Assembly (NCBI GenBank): GCA_046725095.1
Contig: JBKOXU010000130.1
Coordinates: 1 to 38,427, forward strand
Source of the DNA: Verrucomicrobiota bacterium
GTDB taxonomy: Bacteria > Verrucomicrobiota > Verrucomicrobiia > Chthoniobacterales > UBA10450
Length of the DNA: 38,427 nt
Reading direction: 5' to 3'
Below are positions 33,253-38,427 of the stretch, piece by piece (position 1 is the first letter of the stretch; every line of letters begins with the position of its first letter). Made by a program: the position numbers and the translations under genes. Under the pieces are notes generated by a model. That model saw only the letters and a program-made list of their open reading frames with translations. It was not told where the DNA came from and did no database searches.

Positions 33253-34422
33253 TCATCGTCCCGGCATCATTTCCAGGAGGACGCCTTTGAAATATTCCGT
33301 CTCCGGCAAAGTCGGAACGACTGGATGATCAGGCGCCTGCTCAAAACGACGTAGCCGGCGAGCTGAGCGCCTTGCGTCCACCAGCGTATCGGCGATCATC
33401 TGCCCGAGCGCCTTTTCGCTGACGTGATGTGAGCACGAAAACGTCGCGAGCACGCCATCGCGCGACAGCAATTTGAAGGCACGAACGTGGAGTTCGCGAT
33501 AACCGCGCATCGCGTCTCGCAGCCCACTTTTCGTTTTTGTGAATGATGGTGGGTCGAGAACAATCAAATCATATTGCGCCTGCCTTTTCTCGGCGGCGCG
33601 CAGGAATTGAAAGACATCCTGCTCCATCCATTCCACTTCCAGATTGTTTCGCGCCGCATTTCGTTTCGCGGCGGCAATATTCGCCGAATTTTCTTCAACT
33701 CCCGTCACCTCGGCGGCTCCGGCGCGAGCACACGCCAATGCGAATGCTCCCTGGTTTGTGAAGCAATCGAGCACGCGGCGCCCTTCGGCATATTGCGCGA
33801 TTGTTTCGTAGTTCTGCTTTTGATCGAGGTAAAAGCCAGTCTTTTGCGCATGCAAGAGATCGACTTCAAACCTTAGACCGCTGATTACGATTTCGACCGG
33901 CGAAGAAGCGTCTCCCCGCAAAACGTCGTTGCGCAATTCGAGACCTTCCGCACGGCGAACCGCCAGGTCATTGCGCTCGACGATTGTGACGTCGCCGAAA
34001 AGATCGACGATTGCATTCATTATCAAATCCTTTCGGCTATCCATCCCCCGAGTGAGCGTTTGCAGCACAAGATAATCGCCGTAGCGATCGATGATCACGC
34101 CGGGAAGTCCGTCGCTTTCGCTCCAGACGAGGCGGCAAAGCTTCGGATCGACACCTCGTCGCGCTCGGTATTCGGCGGCTTGTGCGATACGGCGGTTGAA
34201 GAAGTCCAGATCGAGATCCTGTTTCCGCCGCGAGAAACGTCGCGCTACAATTTGCGATTTCGAGTTGTAAATTGCGCTGCCGATCAAATGATCCCTGCCG
34301 TCTTTGAGGGAGATGACATCACCGTCCGCCGGTTTCCCGAAAACCTTCAGTACTTCACTGGAAAACACCCAGTCGTGGCCGTGTAAAATTCGCGCACGTG
34401 GTTTGACGACGATTCCAGCCAT
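33253..34422 (-). CDS. rlmI: Class I SAM-dependent rRNA (cytosine-C5) methyltransferase, RlmI/YccW-like (PUA + MTase)
   Basis: It has an N-terminal PUA-like region ([13 protein letters not shown]). The SAM-binding motif is [16 protein letters not shown] and the catalytic region is [11 protein letters not shown]...FSCSHH. I prefer the start MAGIVVKPR at 34422. Confidence 0.85.
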   Translation of the reverse strand: MAGIVVKPRARILHGHDWVFSSEVLKVFGKPADGDVISLKDGRDHLIGSAIYNSKSQIVARRFSRRKQDLDLDFFNRRIAQAAEYRARRGVDPKLCRLVWSESDGLPGVIIDRYGDYLVLQTLTRGMDSRKDLIMNAIVDLFGDVTIVERNDLAVRRAEGLELRNDVLRGDASSPVEIVISGLRFEVDLLHAQKTGFYLDQKQNYETIAQYAEGRRVLDCFTNQGAFALACARAGAAEVTGVEENSANIAAAKRNAARNNLEVEWMEQDVFQFLRAAEKRQAQYDLIVLDPPSFTKTKSGLRDAMRGYRELHVRAFKLLSRDGVLATFSCSHHVSEKALGQMIADTLVDARRSARRLRRFEQAPDHPVVPTLPETEYFKGVLLEMMPGR

Positions 34423-34442
34423 GCAGTAATCATGTCGCAATT

Positions 34443-35333
34443 ATGGCAGCCTCTCCACAATCCTTTATCGATCTTCCCGGAATCAAAAAACTGCGCAGCG
34501 GCAAGGTGCGCGAAGTTTTTGATCTCGGGGAAACACTTCTCTTCCTCGCGACCGATCGGCTTTCGGCTTTTGATGTGATTTTGCCCGATCCGATTCCGCA
34601 CAAGGGCGCAGTCTTGAATCAGCTATCGGTGTTTTGGTTCAAACGCTTCAGTAAGATCGATAATCACTTCGTCACGGTGGATTTCGACGACTTCCCGCAA
34701 GAACTACACGCATTTCGCGATCAGCTGACCGGTCGCTCGATGATCGTGCGCAAAACAAAGCCACTGCCGGTGGAATGCGTTGTGCGTGGGTATCTGGCCG
34801 GCTCCGGCTGGAAAGAATATCAGGAATCGCAAAGCGTTTGCGGCGAAAAATTGCCGCCGGGATTGCAACTCGCCTCGCAATTGCCGGAGCCAATTTTTAC
34901 TCCGGCGACAAAGAGCGATGCCGGACACGACCTCAACATCGATATGAACGCGTGTTGCCAAATTTTGGGTAGTGAAATGGCGGAGCGTGTGCGCGGCTTG
35001 AGTTTGCAAATTTATGCTGCGGGCCGCGATCATGCCGCCCAGCGCGGGATTATCGTAGCGGATACGAAATTCGAGTTCGGCGTTGTCGATGGGAAATTGC
35101 TCCTGATCGACGAATGCCTCACGCCCGACTCATCTCGGTTCTGGCCAAAAGATCAATACGTGGTGGGTCAAAGTCCGCCCAGCTTCGACAAACAATTCGT
35201 GCGCGATTATCTGGAGACCCTTGATTGGGACAAAACGCCGCCGGCGCCATCGCTTCCGCAGGATGTGATCGCGAAGACTTCCGCCAAATATGTGGAAGCA
35301 TTCGAACGATTGACCGGCGAGAAACTTCTGTAG
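34443..35333 (+). CDS. purC: Phosphoribosylaminoimidazole-succinocarboxamide (SAICAR) synthase
   Basis: Motifs present are [39 protein letters not shown] and DSSRFWP. Confidence 0.93.
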   Translation: MAASPQSFIDLPGIKKLRSGKVREVFDLGETLLFLATDRLSAFDVILPDPIPHKGAVLNQLSVFWFKRFSKIDNHFVTVDFDDFPQELHAFRDQLTGRSMIVRKTKPLPVECVVRGYLAGSGWKEYQESQSVCGEKLPPGLQLASQLPEPIFTPATKSDAGHDLNIDMNACCQILGSEMAERVRGLSLQIYAAGRDHAAQRGIIVADTKFEFGVVDGKLLLIDECLTPDSSRFWPKDQYVVGQSPPSFDKQFVRDYLETLDWDKTPPAPSLPQDVIAKTSAKYVEAFERLTGEKLL

Positions 35334-35381
35334 CAGCGCTCTATCAGCGCCGCATTATTCGCCCGACGGTCAGGACCGCCT

Positions 35382-36362
35382 TTACAATAAGTCGCTCACG
35401 AGCGATTTCTCTTCTTTCAGCTCGGCGACCGACTTGTCGATCTTATCCCGGCTAAATTCATTGATCGGCACTTTCTGCACGATCTCCCACTTCCCGCTGC
35501 GAACGCGCACTGGGAACGACGAGATCAACTCTTTATCGACATCATAACTTCCGTCGGAACAAACGGCCACGCTATGCCAATCGTCGCCCGGTGTGTCATT
35601 CGTGAGCGAACGCACGGTATCAACAATTGCGTTCGCGGCGGAACCGGCGGAGGAAAGCCCGCGCGCCTTGAGCACGGCTGCGCCACGCTGCTGCACGCTC
35701 GAAATAAATTCTTCCTTCAACCATTTCTCATCGCAAATCACTTCGTTTGCAGGGCGATTGTCGATCTTCGCGTTGTAAAAATCAGGATACTGGGTCGAGG
35801 AATGATTACCCCAAATGGTCATATTGGTGACGCGAGTAATTTCGACGCCGGCCTTGTGCGCAAGCTGGGCACGCGCCCGGTTTTCATCCAACCGGGTCAT
35901 GGCGAACCAGCGATCGCGCGGAATTTCTTTCGCGTTGTTCATCGCAATCAAACAATTCGTGTTGCACGGATTTCCAATCACGAGCACGCGCACATCAGCG
36001 GCTGCGTTCTTTTCGATCGCCTGACCTTGCCCGATGAAAATCTTGCCGTTGATCCCGAGCAAATCTTTCCGTTCCATACCGGCCTTGCGCGGGATACTGC
36101 CGACCAGCAACGCCCAATTGATGTCGCGAAATCCTTCATCCAAGTCAGCGGTCGGCACCACCGATTCGAGAAACGGAAAAGCGCAATCGTGCAATTCCAT
36201 CACCACGCCATTGAGTGCGTCGAGTGCATTTGGAATCTCGATCAAATGCAGGGTGAGCGGTTGCTCCGGTCCGAACATTTCTCCGGAGGCGATACGAAAA
36301 ACAAGCGAGTAACCAATCTGCCCGGCGGCGCCGGTGACAGCGACCTTAATCGGAGATTTCAT
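35382..36362 (-). CDS. mdh: Malate dehydrogenase (LDH2/cytosolic-type MDH family)
   Basis: The start [31 protein letters not shown] is followed by [22 protein letters not shown] and [12 protein letters not shown]. Confidence 0.93.
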   Translation of the reverse strand: MKSPIKVAVTGAAGQIGYSLVFRIASGEMFGPEQPLTLHLIEIPNALDALNGVVMELHDCAFPFLESVVPTADLDEGFRDINWALLVGSIPRKAGMERKDLLGINGKIFIGQGQAIEKNAAADVRVLVIGNPCNTNCLIAMNNAKEIPRDRWFAMTRLDENRARAQLAHKAGVEITRVTNMTIWGNHSSTQYPDFYNAKIDNRPANEVICDEKWLKEEFISSVQQRGAAVLKARGLSSAGSAANAIVDTVRSLTNDTPGDDWHSVAVCSDGSYDVDKELISSFPVRVRSGKWEIVQKVPINEFSRDKIDKSVAELKEEKSLVSDLL

Positions 36363-36428
36363 ATCTATCCTTTAGCCACAGATTCACACAGATAAACATC
36401 GATTTTTATGTGCGCCTTTCGTGCGATT

Positions 36429-36564
36429 CCGGGGGAGCACAGGCTGCCAGGCTGTCCCGCCGGGCAGCTTGCCCGGCGGTTTAGGATCGCATTCACTCGG
36501 GGCGTAGCAGGAATGTTCGCGGCAAGCTGCCGCGAACTACAGGCTGGCAGCCTGTGCTCCCCGG
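36429..36564. repeat. Composite nested-palindrome (BIME/REP-like) element
   Basis: The outer arms 36429-36455 and 36539-36564 are reverse complements apart from 1 indel and 1 mismatch. They enclose hairpins at 36457-36479 (9 bp) and 36515-36537 (10 bp). Confidence 0.6.
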
Positions 36565-36571
36565 AGAAAAA

Positions 36572-36593
36572 AAGACGCCGCGGCTATAGTCTT
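36572..36593 (-). terminator. Weak candidate terminator overlapping the malQ stop
   Basis: The minus strand reads AAGAC-tatagccgcggc-GTCTT followed by TTTTTCTCC (T7 run in total). Confidence 0.3.
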
Positions 36594-38281
36594 AGGCTCT
36601 TCTCCAGCAGATCGTGAACCATTTGCATTCGCTTTCGTTCCGTTGGACTCGATCGAAGGTTTGCGACGCTCCTTTGGATCCGCCGCGTCCAATTCGAACT
36701 TCCTGTCGTGCCGGGAACGTTGAAGCGGTAGTTCCGCGCCAGCACATCCGTGATCATGACGATGGCAATCCAGGCGTTGCTCTTGAAAAGCGCTTCCATG
36801 ATGGCCGGATAAAAGTCTTTTTCAAAATCGACTTTATCGAGGCTTGGATCGAGGCCAGCGAAGACGGCGATTTTCGCTAAATCGAATCTCGATTGCTCCG
36901 ACGTAGCTGTCGGCCGCTCGAAAGCCTCCTCCCATAAAGCTCGAATCGGTTTGTGGTCGTGCGTCGCGTAAGTTGCAACTGAGAGCCGTTCATACTTGTC
37001 TCCTGGCGTGACTTGTCCACCATACACTTCCCACTGCGGAATTTTAAATCCGGCAATACCAAGTGACCGCAGGTTTGGGCGCACGTAACTGGGCACCGCG
37101 CCAAGATCTTCGCCGATCACGCGCGTGGCTCCAGCTTCTTCCAGGGCGACACGCAGATATTCTTCGCCATTTCGTTTATTCGCCTCGCAGGTCTCGGCGG
37201 TATCATCGTCGCGCGGTACGAAATGCGGAGCGCGGCCGCCGGTTTGCTCAAGCATCTGACGCCAATCGAGCGAGAGAAACTGTTTGTTCTTACGTGGCCG
37301 CCACGGGAAAGCGTAAATGCGATAAAATCCTAGGACGTGATCGATGCGAAAGAGATGAAAAATGCGTCGGACTGCGCGCACACGCTCGCGCCACCACGCA
37401 AAATTGTTCGAGCGCATCCTGTCCCAGTGATAAAGCGGAATGCCCCAGTTTTGTCCCCATTTTTGGGTGAACTCATCGTCCTTGAAGTAAGGCTCGGGAG
37501 GTGCGCCGCCGGCCCAATCGAGCACAAATTCATCCGGCCGCGCGAAAACATCGGCACTGTGGTAGCTGACGCCAAAAGGAATATCGCCCATCAGTGCGAC
37601 GCCGCGTCCTTCTGCGTATGATTTAATCTCGCGCCACTGCTGATGGGCAATCCATTGCACGTAACTGAAAAAATGTTGGCGATCCTTCATGGCTGCTTGT
37701 TGATCTTGCGGCAGATCGTGCAGCCAGGTCCGCGCCCTTTGGATTGATTGATGCTGCGCGGGCCACCGATTCCAGGCGGGACTGTCGTCGTTCTCCTCCA
37801 TCAGTACCCTAAAAAATGCGTAATCGTGTAGCCACGCGGCTTCTTCTTCGCAGAATTTCCGAAAACCGGACTGCCGCTCTTGGCTGGTGCGAGCGGAGAA
37901 ATTTGCGAATGCTTTCTCAAGCAGACGTCGTTTCAGTTTCTTGACCTGGCGATACCTGACTCCGCTGCTGCGGAGAGCGGGAAGATTCACGCCGGCGAGC
38001 GCAACATCAAAGTCATCGGCTGTTAAGTCCTCCGGAAAGCCTGGCCCAAGCTGTAGCGTAGTGGGTTCGATCGCCAGCGCGCTTATCGCGTTGTAAGGGC
38101 TATTATCGGCTCCCGTCTCGTTGATCGGCAGGAGTTGGACGAGCTTGAATCCGATTTCCGCGGCCCAATCAATAAACTCCCGCAGCGCACCGATATCGCC
38201 GATTCCAAGATCGTTCTGGCCCCGCAGCGCAAACAGCGGCACAAGCACCCCGGCAATCTTTTTCTCAGGCGAAAGAGTCAC
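36584..38281 (-). CDS. malQ: 4-alpha-glucanotransferase (amylomaltase, GH77)
   Basis: The sequence GVLVPLFALRGQNDLGIGDIGALREFIDWAAEIGFKLVQLLPINETG is followed by LMGDIPFGVS, FRIDHVLGF and IGEDLG catalytic-region motifs. The start is GTG at 38281. Confidence 0.9.
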   Translation of the reverse strand: MTLSPEKKIAGVLVPLFALRGQNDLGIGDIGALREFIDWAAEIGFKLVQLLPINETGADNSPYNAISALAIEPTTLQLGPGFPEDLTADDFDVALAGVNLPALRSSGVRYRQVKKLKRRLLEKAFANFSARTSQERQSGFRKFCEEEAAWLHDYAFFRVLMEENDDSPAWNRWPAQHQSIQRARTWLHDLPQDQQAAMKDRQHFFSYVQWIAHQQWREIKSYAEGRGVALMGDIPFGVSYHSADVFARPDEFVLDWAGGAPPEPYFKDDEFTQKWGQNWGIPLYHWDRMRSNNFAWWRERVRAVRRIFHLFRIDHVLGFYRIYAFPWRPRKNKQFLSLDWRQMLEQTGGRAPHFVPRDDDTAETCEANKRNGEEYLRVALEEAGATRVIGEDLGAVPSYVRPNLRSLGIAGFKIPQWEVYGGQVTPGDKYERLSVATYATHDHKPIRALWEEAFERPTATSEQSRFDLAKIAVFAGLDPSLDKVDFEKDFYPAIMEALFKSNAWIAIVMITDVLARNYRFNVPGTTGSSNWTRRIQRSVANLRSSPTERKRMQMVHDLLEKSLRL

Positions 38282-38286
38282 TGGGA

Positions 38287-38398
38287 AATGACGAATGACG
38301 AATGACGAAACAATGACGAAGTCTGAATGACGAAAGAAACATCAGTGCGCTTTCGGTAATTAGAACATTCGGACTTCCTTCGAGATTCGTCATTCGTG
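38287..38398. repeat. AATGACG heptamer array (5 direct copies, 3 in perfect tandem) with an inverted copy ~55 nt away
   Basis: Direct copies lie at 38287-93, 38294-300, 38301-07, 38312-18 and 38326-32. The inverted ttcgtcattcg lies at 38386-96. The array starts 6 nt upstream of the malQ GTG. Confidence 0.65.
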
Positions 38399-38427
38399 CT
38401 TCGCCGCGTATATGGCAACGCTGAAGG

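Noticed and set aside
34423-34442. The 20-nt spacer between divergent rlmI and purC as something unusual
   Set aside because: It depends on choosing the internal rlmI start (34422). Promoters embedded in neighbouring coding sequence are common in compact genomes, and no specific motif is visible.
35574-36395. 273-aa ORF on the plus strand spanning the whole mdh locus
   Set aside because: It is exactly antisense to a very confidently identified malate dehydrogenase. Its translation is low-complexity with no motifs. This is a typical shadow ORF in GC-biased coding DNA.
38287-38332. Whether the short direct repeats could be a degenerate CRISPR array
   Set aside because: The repeat unit is only 7 nt, with spacers of 0-7 nt. 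There are no cas genes, and this is not CRISPR architecture.

Overview
This 38.4-kb window is mostly a housekeeping chromosomal segment. The gene set, EF-Tu sequence and intergenic repeat style suggest a soil Verrucomicrobiota-like genome, but that is a low-confidence inference. I support about 40 protein genes and 2 tRNA-Thr genes. They include the 5' part of tuf preceded by tRNA-Thr(GGU), ispA-like prenyl synthase, tsaD, an S41 Ctp protease, rmuC, proC, nfeD, apbC/mrp, a pyrR-pyrB-pyrC operon, purD, rnc, ferredoxin-thiD, a TauE/USP/MBL group, tRNA-Thr(CGU), gatC-gatA, rlmI, purC, mdh and malQ. Many gene pairs are translationally coupled (ATGA, GTGA or TGATG overlaps). I see no CRISPR array, transposase, integrase, phage genes, or recognisable defence or toxin-antitoxin module, and I do not claim a new multi-gene system. 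The most unusual signals are non-coding. (1) A 136-nt nested-palindrome, BIME-like element lies between malQ and mdh. (2) Two copies of a ~70-nt GC-rich repeat end in CCCTACCATC; one supplies the only canonical start codon and an Arg-rich N-terminal extension to thiD. (3) An AATGACG heptamer array with an inverted partner lies upstream of malQ. (4) Phased TTCCTG octamer repeats lie upstream of an MBL hydrolase gene. (5) A PyrR-binding-type RNA hairpin overlaps the pyrR ribosome-binding site. Protein-level oddities include a PDZ-less S41 homologue with a degenerate Ser/Lys dyad coupled to purD. Two translationally coupled, tail-anchored coiled-coil proteins sit upstream of gatCA. nfeD is coupled to a YbaK-like gene rather than an SPFH partner, and there is an orphan sulfotransferase. 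All family assignments come from reading motifs by eye; no database search was run.
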